Notes under the pieces: model-generated
The model's input: the letters and a program-made list of their open reading frames with translations, nothing else
Database searches by the model: none
What the model was told of the DNA's origin: nothing
Program-made: the position numbers and the translations under genes
NCBI GenBank assembly: GCA_965227775.1
Contig: OZ245777.1
Location: 2,752,001-2,816,000, forward strand
Reading direction: 5' to 3'
Origin: Phycisphaerales bacterium
Lineage (GTDB): Bacteria; Planctomycetota; Phycisphaerae; Phycisphaerales; UBA1924
Length of the DNA: 64,000 nucleotides
In this document: in pieces, positions 18,304 through 28,094 of the stretch
Numbering within the stretch: position 1 is the first letter of the stretch
Layout of the letters: every line of letters starts with the position of its first letter

Positions 18304-20261
18304 CCAGCAAAGACGTTTCCCCAAAGTCTGCTCCGATCATCGTGCTGGGCGTGCCCAGAAGCGGGACGACACTGCTGCGGACGCTACTCGATGCGCATCC
18401 CAATGTCGCTTGCGGCCCGGAGACGCCGTGGCTGGCAGAGCATCAACCGGCGACGTTGCTCGGGCTCGTTCGTTCGATGTGCGAACCCGAGTATGGCTAC
18501 TGCCAGAGCTTCGGTCAGCCGCCCGGGGTCGTGCACCAAGCGGCTCGGCGATTTCTCGACGAGGTCATGCTGGCGTATGCACGCGCCCGGGGCAAGCGGC
18601 GATGGGCCGAGAAGACGCCCAACAACGTCTTGCACCTTGACGCGCTGAGCGAACTGCTGCCCGACGCCAAGTGGGTCTGGATCACGCGGGACGCGCTCGA
18701 CGTGGCACAGAGCACATCTACGGTCGCCGAGCATCGCAAGGGCATTGCCCCTGTGTACGAGCGAAGCCTTCGGCTCACTCGCGATCTCCAAGCGCGGAAC
18801 ACGCCCCTTGCAGCCACGCTGCGGTGGGTGAACTGGAATCGACGGATCGCGTCGTTTCTGAGTGATCGGTCCTTCCATCATCTGACCTACGAGCGTTTGG
18901 TCTGCGCCCCGGAAGCCGAGATGCGGCGGCTGTGCGAGTTCATCGAAGAGCCGTTCGATCTCGGCATGCTGGCGTATGACACGACACGCCACGATCTGCC
19001 GAAGTGGGAATGGGGCAGCACCGACGTGAGCCAGCACGGCAAGGTCGTGACTGGGCGCATCGGCACGGGCATGGAACATCTCGATGAGCCGTTGCGCGAT
19101 GGCCTCGCGGCGGTCGCATCGCTCTGGAGCCCGCCTGATCGGCCGGGCCCCATTGGTGTCAGGCCCGGTCTTGCTCCATCGGCCATGACCGCCAAACTCG
19201 TGGGCGAACAGGCGGATGCCCTCGTGCCCATGGCGTCGGCAAGGACGAGCGAGGTGTGCGCGCGACTCGGGGAGGCAATCGTCCGGGCCGCCGCAGGTGG
19301 ATCAGCCGGGCAACCCGAGACGATGCCGGCATCCTTGGCGCCTGCCGCGATCGCTCTGGCGTACGCGGGCGTACCGAGCGCTGTCGTGCCTGCCGGTGAC
19401 GAACACCGGGAGGTGCTTGAGAAGCAAGCTTCGCGTTGGGGTATCTCAGATATGCTCTCTTTTAGCGACACGCCAGATTCGTATTCCACACGTGAGCACC
19501 CAACGCTGCAATCGGGCGATCCGACCGGGGTGCGTATCCCGGTACCCGCGACGACTGCGGTGCTGGCCAGCCTCGAGGAGCTACGCAGCGAGCCGTTCAC
19601 GTCGTTTATGGCCCAGCTCAATACCTTCGCGAAGCTGCACGGCCTGCGCGAGTTCGATTCGTGGTCGAAGATCTGGGAGTATCCGTGGCTCTGGTACAAC
19701 GGCATTGAGCCCCTTCCGATAGCGGGATTGCGTGTCATTGACATGGGGAGCGAGCTAAGCCCGATGCCATGGTGGCTGGCAACGATGGGCGCCCGCGTAA
19801 CCCTCGTCGAGACCTCTCGGGGTATGGAAGGGCTGTGGGCAAAACTCCGCGACACGCTCAACGTGCAGGTCGATTGGGTCTTCACCGACGACGAGACGAT
19901 CCCAGCCCCCGACGGCCAGGCCCACCTGCTGACGAGCCTGAGCGTGATTGAGCATCAGCCGGACAAGAAGAAGGCGATGGACGAGATCGCTCGCGTGCTG
20001 TGCCCGGGGGGCGTCCTGGCCCTGAGCTTCGATATCTGCGAAGCCGATATGGGCATGGCGTTCCCCGAATGGAACGGCCGAGCACTCACCATGGCCGAAT
20101 TCGAGCGTGATCTGTGGCGTCACCCCGCGTTTGCCTCGGCACGCCCTTCCGGGGACATCGCCTGGAACACGCAGGACATTGGCCCCTACTTCGAGTGGCA
20201 TAAGTCAACGGCCGCGCATCACACGTATGTGACAGGCGCGGCCGTAATGCGTCGGGACTGA
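18300..20261 (+). CDS. Sulfotransferase + class I SAM-dependent methyltransferase fusion
   Basis: GVPRSGTTLL (5'-PSB loop), WAEKTP, RDALDVAQS, TYERLV; C-terminal VIDMGSELS, LSVIEH, RVLCPGG. Confidence 0.88.
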   Translation: MTSKDVSPKSAPIIVLGVPRSGTTLLRTLLDAHPNVACGPETPWLAEHQPATLLGLVRSMCEPEYGYCQSFGQPPGVVHQAARRFLDEVMLAYARARGKRRWAEKTPNNVLHLDALSELLPDAKWVWITRDALDVAQSTSTVAEHRKGIAPVYERSLRLTRDLQARNTPLAATLRWVNWNRRIASFLSDRSFHHLTYERLVCAPEAEMRRLCEFIEEPFDLGMLAYDTTRHDLPKWEWGSTDVSQHGKVVTGRIGTGMEHLDEPLRDGLAAVASLWSPPDRPGPIGVRPGLAPSAMTAKLVGEQADALVPMASARTSEVCARLGEAIVRAAAGGSAGQPETMPASLAPAAIALAYAGVPSAVVPAGDEHREVLEKQASRWGISDMLSFSDTPDSYSTREHPTLQSGDPTGVRIPVPATTAVLASLEELRSEPFTSFMAQLNTFAKLHGLREFDSWSKIWEYPWLWYNGIEPLPIAGLRVIDMGSELSPMPWWLATMGARVTLVETSRGMEGLWAKLRDTLNVQVDWVFTDDETIPAPDGQAHLLTSLSVIEHQPDKKKAMDEIARVLCPGGVLALSFDICEADMGMAFPEWNGRALTMAEFERDLWRHPAFASARPSGDIAWNTQDIGPYFEWHKSTAAHHTYVTGAAVMRRD

Positions 20262-20297
20262 CGCAGTCGTCTTGTCAAGCGTTCACGATCTGTCGTG

Positions 20298-21221
20298 CTA
20301 CTCGCAGCCCGCGTCGAACGCGTTCTGGAAGCACAGGAAATCGAAGATGGTCAGCGATCCATCGCCATCGCAATCGGCGGCAAGATCGCTGGCATCGAAG
20401 GCGTTCTGGAATGCGAGAAAGTCGAAGATCGTGAGTTCGCCGTCGCCATCGAAGTCGGCGTAGCACGGCGCTTCACCGCCGAGGAACGCGATGCTGCGAA
20501 ACGTGGGGCTGGAGAACGCGAGCGTCGCGGCACCGGTTGCCTGATCGATCGTGAACACACCACCACCCTGCTCGCGTGCGCCGTACAGCTCGCCTGCGGC
20601 GTTGAAGGACAAGTCGTTAAACCAGTTCCGTGTGCCCGGGAAGGCGTTGCCAACGAACGTGGCGTCCCCTGTGCTCAGGTCGATCATAAAGATCGATGCG
20701 TCGCCGATATCGCTGCCCCACGCCTGTCCGTTGGCGTCAATGGCAAACCCGGTGAGCTGATCGAGGTTCGTCCCACTGATGTTCCCGACGAGGCTCACCA
20801 CCCCGGTTGCGCGATCGGTCGTGTACAGCGCGTTGTCGCGGGCGGTATAGAGCGTGTCCGCGACGGGGTCGTACGCGACCGAGCGGAAGTTCCAATTCTC
20901 ACCCGTATCGCCGATGACCGAGCCTGCCGCGGTACCGGGATCGATCGTGAAGAGGCGATCGCTCAGGCCATCATTGAAACCGTCGATCATGAACAGGTCG
21001 CCGTTGTCGTCGAAGTCCATGCCGCTGAAGATGGCCTCGGCTCCGCTTACGAATGCCGAGCTGATCTCACCGCCAGTCGCGGGATCCAGCTCGGCGAAGA
21101 TGGGCGATGTTGGGTTGCGCAGGGCATAGAGCTGCTCTTGGGCGAGCGCCGTGGACCCGACGGTGAGCCCGAGAACGGTCGGAACGGCAAACCGGGCGAC
21201 GTTGTTTGAACGGTGCTTCAT
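20298..21221 (-). CDS. Secreted beta-propeller-like protein with C-terminal GC-type dockerin
   Basis: Signal peptide ALA|Q; repeated FTID..TG blades; CYADFDGDGELTIFDFLAFQNAF...AGCE. Confidence 0.88.
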   Translation of the reverse strand: MKHRSNNVARFAVPTVLGLTVGSTALAQEQLYALRNPTSPIFAELDPATGGEISSAFVSGAEAIFSGMDFDDNGDLFMIDGFNDGLSDRLFTIDPGTAAGSVIGDTGENWNFRSVAYDPVADTLYTARDNALYTTDRATGVVSLVGNISGTNLDQLTGFAIDANGQAWGSDIGDASIFMIDLSTGDATFVGNAFPGTRNWFNDLSFNAAGELYGAREQGGGVFTIDQATGAATLAFSSPTFRSIAFLGGEAPCYADFDGDGELTIFDFLAFQNAFDASDLAADCDGDGSLTIFDFLCFQNAFDAGCE

Positions 21222-21335
21222 CGTCTGTTTCTCCTCAGCGGTGTCTCTCTACTCAGCCCCTGTTCGCCGCGTACGCGCCAAGTGGGCCTGTCGTTACCGG
21301 CAACTCCTTGGCGTTCAGGCCGTACCATGGGATGC

Positions 21336-23027
21336 ATGTCCTTCATGACTCCCATCCGGCATTGCATCGCGTTCGCCGCAGGCTCCTTCGTGCTCTGTGT
21401 CGGGTGCGCTACCCCCACGCCGCGACCGGTGTTTGTGGAGTCGCCCGTTCCGCTCATCGCGGGTGGCCCCCTCGTGACGCCCGTGGCAGTCGGCACGACG
21501 GATTGGGTCGATGGCCGAGCCGAACCCCCACCACTGCGTCTGGGCGATGGCCAGCAGATCAGCATTCGCGCGCATGCGTTCGCTCGACAGCAGTCGGGTG
21601 AGCCAGGCTGGCTCGGTGCGGCTTCCGCATGGCGACGCACGAGTTCGGGTATGGAAGATGCGCAGGTGCTCGTGCAAGCGCCGATTCCGGCGGATGGTCT
21701 TGGGCAATCGGTCTGGATGGAGGGGCGCCGTGTGCCGGCTTTTTGGCTCGTCCCGGATGTCGCCGGCCAGTCGGCCGTGTCGCCATCGCCGATCGATGTC
21801 GATCTAACTTTGGAACAAGCGATCGTATTGGTAGCGAATGAGCTCAGCGATCCTCGCATTCGGTGGCGGGCCGAACTCGCTCTGCGGCGCATCGGACACG
21901 AAGCACCGCCGGCCCGTTGGGACGACCCGGTGCTGGAGTCGTGGGCTGAGCAATCGGCCGAGCGGTGGGCGACTGCGATGCGACGCCTGGGCGACATTGA
22001 TGAAAGCCTTGCGCAACGGCTTGCCGATGCGCTAACGCGCTGGCTCGCCGCGCCCGAGACTGTCGTCCCGGTCTGGCCGATCGACGCCGAGGCCATCCAG
22101 AGCCTGATCATCGCGATCCTGCGGCCGGGCGCGAGCGATGAGAGCATCAAACGGACGGTTGCGGCATTCCTCGAGCGACAGCCGCAGTGGCTGGCGTGGG
22201 TGGCCAACGACGCTGGCGGTGTTGTCGGGGGTGCGATCGCGGTCGTGAACCTGATGCCATCGGCGGCGTTGCTCTCGACGCGCGCGCCGGGCGGACGCTG
22301 GGAGGCATACGGACTGCTCGAGCCCGGCTCGATCGCGCTGGTTCCAGCGCCGCCTCGGCGAGACGCTCCGACTGTCGCGTCGGCTTGGCAGGTTCGCCTT
22401 GGCGGCCGCACGAAGACGCTGCAGGTTTCGGCGGACGCGGTCCCGCTCGAGCCACCGGGACTCGCGATCGGTCCGTTTTGGAACGATTGGACGCTCGAGG
22501 GGCTACTTACGGGCACGGCAACGTCGTCCTCTCCCGGTCAGCCCGGCTGGGTGGGCGGCTTGGTGCAACGCGACACGCGGCTCGACGCGCCCGGGTCGTC
22601 AGACAGCGGCTGGGTCCTCTATGTCGAGGTCCGCAGCCCGCCGTGCGAACTGCCAACCTCTGGCGGTGGTTCCCGAGAGCTCGACGCGATGCGACTTGCG
22701 TTTGGACCATCGAATCGACCCCATGCAGAAGTCGTGGTTCGTTGCTCTGGGCTTACAACTTTCGAGAAGGGCGCGGGTCAGCTAGCGATGCTGACCACCG
22801 ACACCGATCGCTGGGCATTCACGCTGCCGATCGATCGATCTTGGCTCGAGTCCGATGGCACGATCCTGCTTGGCGCGCAGTACGTGCCACACGACGGGCC
22901 GCGTGGGACATGGCCCAGGCCCTTGCTTCCTGGGCAAGAGTCGATCGGTCGAGTACGGGTCGATCCATCGGCGTGGGATCTCCGCACGGATTTGGCACAG
23001 CAAGCTCGCGAGACGCGTCTTCCCTAA
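21336..23027 (+). CDS. Hypothetical lipoprotein
   Basis: Lipobox-like VLCVG|C; TACCAT 7 nt before ATG 21336 (alternative start 21345). Confidence 0.65.
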   Translation: MSFMTPIRHCIAFAAGSFVLCVGCATPTPRPVFVESPVPLIAGGPLVTPVAVGTTDWVDGRAEPPPLRLGDGQQISIRAHAFARQQSGEPGWLGAASAWRRTSSGMEDAQVLVQAPIPADGLGQSVWMEGRRVPAFWLVPDVAGQSAVSPSPIDVDLTLEQAIVLVANELSDPRIRWRAELALRRIGHEAPPARWDDPVLESWAEQSAERWATAMRRLGDIDESLAQRLADALTRWLAAPETVVPVWPIDAEAIQSLIIAILRPGASDESIKRTVAAFLERQPQWLAWVANDAGGVVGGAIAVVNLMPSAALLSTRAPGGRWEAYGLLEPGSIALVPAPPRRDAPTVASAWQVRLGGRTKTLQVSADAVPLEPPGLAIGPFWNDWTLEGLLTGTATSSSPGQPGWVGGLVQRDTRLDAPGSSDSGWVLYVEVRSPPCELPTSGGGSRELDAMRLAFGPSNRPHAEVVVRCSGLTTFEKGAGQLAMLTTDTDRWAFTLPIDRSWLESDGTILLGAQYVPHDGPRGTWPRPLLPGQESIGRVRVDPSAWDLRTDLAQQARETRLP

Positions 23028-24826
23028 CGAGCGATCGGCAGCCGCAGCGTGAAGCTGGCACCGATGTTGGTCTCGTCGAGCTCAAGCGATCCACCGAGTT
23101 GCTTGGCGAGCCCGCGTCCGAGCGCCAGGCCAAGGCCAAGACCGTTCTCACGCAACTCGTCCCGCTGGGCCCGATGGAACGGCTCGAAGATTCGTCTTCG
23201 CTCGCGATCGGGGACGCCCGGCCCCCAATCACGGACCGTGATCGCGGCCATGCCGTCGGCCTGCCGAGCACTGATGCAAAGCTCTGCTCGTTCATTCGGG
23301 TGTGCATACTTGCAGGCATTCTCGACGAGATTACCCAGGATGCGGATGGCGGCATCACCATCCGCGTCGATGCGGGCACCCACCGTGCTGTCATCGATGT
23401 CCCGCTGTACGTCAAGCGCTGCCTGCTGCAACGAGGCCGCCTGCTCGTGCAATGCTCGGTCGATGAGCGCTCCGATCGTGATCTGATCGGCCTCCCCATC
23501 TCCATTCGGCCTGCCAAGCCTCGCGTAGGCAAGAACGTTCTCGATAATGCGCGCCAGGCGCGCGGACTCCTCTCGAAGGGTGGTGACGAACTTGGTACGA
23601 CGAGACTCGTCCGATGCCGCGTCGCTTGCCAGGAGATCGGCGTAGAGGCGCACGCTTGTCATCGGTGTACGCAGCTCGTGCGTGACGGCCGATACGAATC
23701 GACCCCGGCGTTCGGCGAGGCTGGTCGCCAGCCGCAAGACGATGCCGATAGCCATAACTGCCAGCAACGCGGCCGCCCACGTGAGGAGTAGGACAATGCC
23801 GAGGGGCGACGCGAGCTCGCCGAGTACGTTTCCATGCTCGGGCACCTTGATAGCGGCGGGAATGACCGCGAGCGACCTCGAAGCGCTCGAACCGGGGCGG
23901 AGTTCGGCGCCCGGCGTCACACCTTCGACCTGTGCGAGCAGCCATCCACGGAGCGACGGCCAGTCGAGCCAGACGCCCTGCCGAAGCGTTGTCTCGCCCA
24001 CGATCACGTCTCGCATGAGCACGAGCTCTTCGCCCGCCAGCCACATCGCCGAGAGCGGGCCGAGCGTCACTTCTGGCTGATCGATGACGGTCTTCGTTGC
24101 CGGTGCGCGCCGTGCGCGAGAGGCGGGCACGGGGGTGTTGCGCTGGTTCTCGAGCTCGGCGGCGGGCTCCTGCTGTACCGGCGACCCATGGGCGGACTCG
24201 CTCTGGAGCTGGCTCCGCATGTCTGCTCGCGCTTGCTCGGTGCGGGCTGGAGATTCAGCGAGCTGGGCGGCGGCGGCGGTCTCCTGGCGGGCGAGCTGAT
24301 CTTCATCGATGATGTCTTGCGGGGTCGTCCCAAGCGTCACCCGTTCTGGCGGCTGATTGGGCAGCAACTCCGCGAGCATGAGGCGCAATGCCTCGGCGGC
24401 GATGACATCATCGGCGGCAACGTATTCCGACTCGGCGAGATCTCGCAGGTTGCCATCGGGTGCCTGTGGGCTGGTGACCTGTCCATCGGGCCCCACCTCG
24501 AAGTGCAATCGAACGAAGGGCGGCACGCGCGTCAGCAGGGGGCTGGGCACCAGGACCTCACCGGGCTCGACGGGCCCGAGCATGGCGCTGTACGCGCGCT
24601 CGGCGGGATGAAACGCCCGGTAGTGAAAGTAGGGCCTGGCGCTCTCGGCGGCGAGCACGGCCGTGAGCGCGCTATCGATTCGCCAGAGCGCGAGCCGGGC
24701 GGCCTCGTCCTGTCGTTGCTGACGCTGCAGATCCAACGCCTTGTAACCGGCGTAGCCAAGCCCCTCGAGCACCGCCAGGGCGCACACGACGTAGATGATC
24801 CACGGGATGACTCGCTTCGTGCGCAA
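23024..24826 (-). CDS. Sensor histidine kinase
   Basis: Two TMs; FVSAVTHELRTP, NLVENACKY, DWGPG, GLGLGL. Confidence 0.95.
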   Translation of the reverse strand: MRTKRVIPWIIYVVCALAVLEGLGYAGYKALDLQRQQRQDEAARLALWRIDSALTAVLAAESARPYFHYRAFHPAERAYSAMLGPVEPGEVLVPSPLLTRVPPFVRLHFEVGPDGQVTSPQAPDGNLRDLAESEYVAADDVIAAEALRLMLAELLPNQPPERVTLGTTPQDIIDEDQLARQETAAAAQLAESPARTEQARADMRSQLQSESAHGSPVQQEPAAELENQRNTPVPASRARRAPATKTVIDQPEVTLGPLSAMWLAGEELVLMRDVIVGETTLRQGVWLDWPSLRGWLLAQVEGVTPGAELRPGSSASRSLAVIPAAIKVPEHGNVLGELASPLGIVLLLTWAAALLAVMAIGIVLRLATSLAERRGRFVSAVTHELRTPMTSVRLYADLLASDAASDESRRTKFVTTLREESARLARIIENVLAYARLGRPNGDGEADQITIGALIDRALHEQAASLQQAALDVQRDIDDSTVGARIDADGDAAIRILGNLVENACKYAHPNERAELCISARQADGMAAITVRDWGPGVPDRERRRIFEPFHRAQRDELRENGLGLGLALGRGLAKQLGGSLELDETNIGASFTLRLPIAR

Positions 24827-25561
24827 CTAGCCGGCGGCCTCTTCCCTCATGCTATCCGTCGCTGCGACGGCTCCGGCGAGCATGTATCCCTTGCCGCGCA
24901 CGGTCACGATGAACCTCGGATCGCTCGGATCATCACCGAGCTGCTCGCGTAATCGTGCGACGGCCATGTCGACGGTGCGTGTCCGCATGCCACGGGGATC
25001 GAGCCCCCACACACGACTGAGGAGTTCGTCGCGCGAGATCGCACGCCCCGGGCTACCGGCAAGGTAGCTCAGCAGCGCGGCTTCCTTCTCGGTGATCTGG
25101 AGCGGCCGCTGGCCATCACGTACGAGTTCGCGGCGGGCGAGGTTGATCGTGAGGCCATCAAGCGTGATCGACTCGACCGACATTGGGCGCTCGGGGCTGC
25201 GGCGCAGCACCGCCTCGATGCGCGCGACGAGTTCCTCGGTACCGAAAGGCTTGACGACGTAGTCGTCAGCGCCGCCGCGCAGGCCCTTCACGCGTTCGTC
25301 GCTCTCGCCTCTGGCGGTGAGGAAGATGACCGGAAGGCCGGGCCTGGACCGACGAAGCTCGGCGAGCACGGCATGCCCGTCCATCCTCGGCATTCGAACA
25401 TCGAGCAGGACGAGGTCGAAGGCCTCACCCAATGCGCGGGAGAGGCCCTCCTGGCCGTCCTTGGCCGACTCGGAGTCGTAGCCGAACGCATCGAGGGCGT
25501 CGGCAACAGCCTTTCGCACGCCGGCGTCGTCCTCGACGATGAGCACGCGGGCACGGGCCAT
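24827..25561 (-). CDS. OmpR/PhoB-family response regulator
   Basis: VLIVEDD, LLDVRMP, GADDYVVKPF, wHTH RTVDMAVARLR...TVRGKGY. Confidence 0.95.
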   Translation of the reverse strand: MARARVLIVEDDAGVRKAVADALDAFGYDSESAKDGQEGLSRALGEAFDLVLLDVRMPRMDGHAVLAELRRSRPGLPVIFLTARGESDERVKGLRGGADDYVVKPFGTEELVARIEAVLRRSPERPMSVESITLDGLTINLARRELVRDGQRPLQITEKEAALLSYLAGSPGRAISRDELLSRVWGLDPRGMRTRTVDMAVARLREQLGDDPSDPRFIVTVRGKGYMLAGAVAATDSMREEAAG

Positions 25562-27936
25562 CAGGGGTTCTCGGCTCGGGGTGCCTGGACGAGGATCACC
25601 CTGCCGCCGCGGTTGAGCAGCACGTCTCGCCCCAAGGCGAGCACGCCCTGGCGACGCTCGGCGAGCAGCTCCTCGGCCAGCTCGAAGTACCGCTCGCTCG
25701 CGAACTCGACGGTCTCGTCCACATCGGCATTGTTGGCCTCGAACGCGTCGAGCAATGAGGAATCAACCCACTGACCACCCCGGCTGAAGAGCGTCTGATC
25801 GCCAACCTGTCGCATGCCGGTGAGGATGACCTGTGCGCCGCCTGCGGTCTGCATGCGGTTGGCGGCAACGCTCTTGGCGGTCATCGTCTGGTAGTTGACG
25901 GCGTCCTGCTGCACAGCGCCAACACCCGTTCGATCATCGACAGCGGATTCCAGGCTGTAGAGGACACTCTGGCGCGAGGGAGCGGCAGGTTCTCTGGCCG
26001 CAGCCACCCGCATCCGGCTGTCAAGACGAGTCGCGCCTTCCCTGTCTGCGGTCTCTGCTCGGAGTGCCATCTGATTGTCGATCGCGACGCCCGCCTCGAT
26101 CGCCAGGAACGACGTGTACTCCGTCAGGATCCCCCATCGTGTGCTGAGGGCGACGATCTCGGAAATGAGTTCATCACTGAGTTCGCCCTTGCCATCAGCA
26201 CCGGCCTGCCGCACGGCGTCGACGAGCTGCGCGATGCGGCGCTGGGCCCAGAGGCGCGGTACGAAAGCGTGCTCGACGCTTGCCCGGCTTGGGTCGAAGG
26301 TCATCTGGAAGCTGCGCTTGCCCCCCGCGCCATCGCCGGCGAGCGTGAACGTCAGGTTTTCGTCTTCATCGGTATAGCGGCCCAGCACGACGAGCTGGTC
26401 GCCCTCGAAGATGTCTGGCAGATCGCCGGGCAGCATATCCTGCACGCTCGCCGTCTTGCTGGGCGTGAGTTTGGGAGAGGCCAGCACGGGACCGGTAAGC
26501 CGGCGGAACACCTGGCCCACCTTGGCCTCGACGCTCTCCTGCGGCAGCACGAACGTCGGCGCGCCGCGAGTCTCTCGGCTGATGGCGGTGAGCAGCGGTG
26601 CGTTGACGTCGTAGCCCACGCCGAATCCGAAGACGCGGCGGTCGTGCTTGTTCCACTTCGCAACGGCCTCGCGGATCGCGCTCTCCTGGGTCACACCAAC
26701 CGTCGGCAGTCCGTCGGTCAGGAAGATGACCATGGGCAGCACGCCCGAGGCGGGCTCGGTGCGCACGGCTGACATGAGGGCATCGTGGATGTTCGTGCCG
26801 CCAACCGCGGTGATGGCCTCGATGAACGCGATGGCCTCGGCCTCGGTCTGGGTGGTCTTCTCGACCGCGCCGGCGCTGAGCTTATTGATCGTGTCCGAAT
26901 AGGCGATGACGTTGAAGTACTCGCCCTCGTTCAGCCCGCTGATGACCTGGATGGCCGCCTCGCGGGCCTGCACGATCTTCTCACCCCGCATCGAGCCGCT
27001 CTTGTCGATCACGAGCGTGACCTCGCGCTTGACTGGCTCGCGGTCGCCGTCATCGGGCAGCGCGGGGGGACCGGCGACGAGCATGAAGTACCCGCCACCA
27101 GCGCTGTCCGGATACGCCACGAACGAGCTGGCCAGCATGCCGGCCTCCAGCGGCTCGCGCAGCCATCCCACGCGGAGCGGGCCGGGCGTGCCGCTGAACG
27201 CCTCTGGCGAGACCGAGACCTTGACGCTCGTGGCGCTCGGCGTCTCGGTCGCGATATCGTGCGTGGGCGAGTACACGGTCGCGATCGGCCGCGCGCCGTT
27301 GACGTCCATCGCGAAGGACCACGGCGCCCCCTGGAGCATCAATTCGGCCGAGCGCGGCAGCACGTACTCGATGCGGTCGCCATCTGCGTCGAGCTCGTGG
27401 TCGTAGGTCATGCTGACGGTCTGCTCGCCATTGGCGGGCACCGGGAAGACGCTCGAACGAACCAGGCTCGTGCCGACGAACTCAAGCAGCGCCGGGTCGC
27501 GCATCGAGGCGACGATGCGGTTGTAAATCGCGCGTGCCTCGTCGGCGGGCATGATCTTGGCGATGCCCTGCTCGCCCAGGCCTTCCAGCACGAATTGCCC
27601 GATGGCCGCGCCGTCGGGCACGGGCAGCAGCACCTGGGCCTCGGCCTGGCTTCCGCCGTGGTTGTGCAGCGTCATACGGATGGTCGTGCTGGCGGCCTGG
27701 CCGGTCGCCTTGGCCGAGACCTGCACCGACGTGATCTCGATCTGCGAGCGCGTTTCGCCTTGCAGCCAGACGCGCCGCTGCGGCACGACGATGTTGACGC
27801 CCGGCCGGCCGATCTCTTCCGAGAGTTGGGCCCTGGCATTGCCGGGCAATGCCGCCGTCGCCGCGAGGGCAAGGGCGAGCAAGCCGCCGCGAGCCGCGTG
27901 TGTCGTCCGAACCTTGAGAGCATGCCGCCTGATCAT
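25561..27936 (-). CDS. Secreted VIT + vWA domain protein
   Basis: Signal peptide; VIT-like N-domain (DPALLE, VFPVPA); MIDAS DKSGSM, GGTNI, FLTDG; RLWA, YTSFL. Confidence 0.9.
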   Translation of the reverse strand: MIRRHALKVRTTHAARGGLLALALAATAALPGNARAQLSEEIGRPGVNIVVPQRRVWLQGETRSQIEITSVQVSAKATGQAASTTIRMTLHNHGGSQAEAQVLLPVPDGAAIGQFVLEGLGEQGIAKIMPADEARAIYNRIVASMRDPALLEFVGTSLVRSSVFPVPANGEQTVSMTYDHELDADGDRIEYVLPRSAELMLQGAPWSFAMDVNGARPIATVYSPTHDIATETPSATSVKVSVSPEAFSGTPGPLRVGWLREPLEAGMLASSFVAYPDSAGGGYFMLVAGPPALPDDGDREPVKREVTLVIDKSGSMRGEKIVQAREAAIQVISGLNEGEYFNVIAYSDTINKLSAGAVEKTTQTEAEAIAFIEAITAVGGTNIHDALMSAVRTEPASGVLPMVIFLTDGLPTVGVTQESAIREAVAKWNKHDRRVFGFGVGYDVNAPLLTAISRETRGAPTFVLPQESVEAKVGQVFRRLTGPVLASPKLTPSKTASVQDMLPGDLPDIFEGDQLVVLGRYTDEDENLTFTLAGDGAGGKRSFQMTFDPSRASVEHAFVPRLWAQRRIAQLVDAVRQAGADGKGELSDELISEIVALSTRWGILTEYTSFLAIEAGVAIDNQMALRAETADREGATRLDSRMRVAAAREPAAPSRQSVLYSLESAVDDRTGVGAVQQDAVNYQTMTAKSVAANRMQTAGGAQVILTGMRQVGDQTLFSRGGQWVDSSLLDAFEANNADVDETVEFASERYFELAEELLAERRQGVLALGRDVLLNRGGRVILVQAPRAENP

Positions 27937-28094
27937 GGGTCACCTCCTGGGCGGGCCGAGGGGAGAGAAAGAGGCCGGCCCGCACCAATAGTTAGTGATA
28001 CTTCTTGATCGGCCGTTGGTGCGTCACAACAGCGTAACGAGCGGGAAGGAACCGCCCTGCGGACACCTGAGAGGCGGTGCAGATGGACTTCGGC

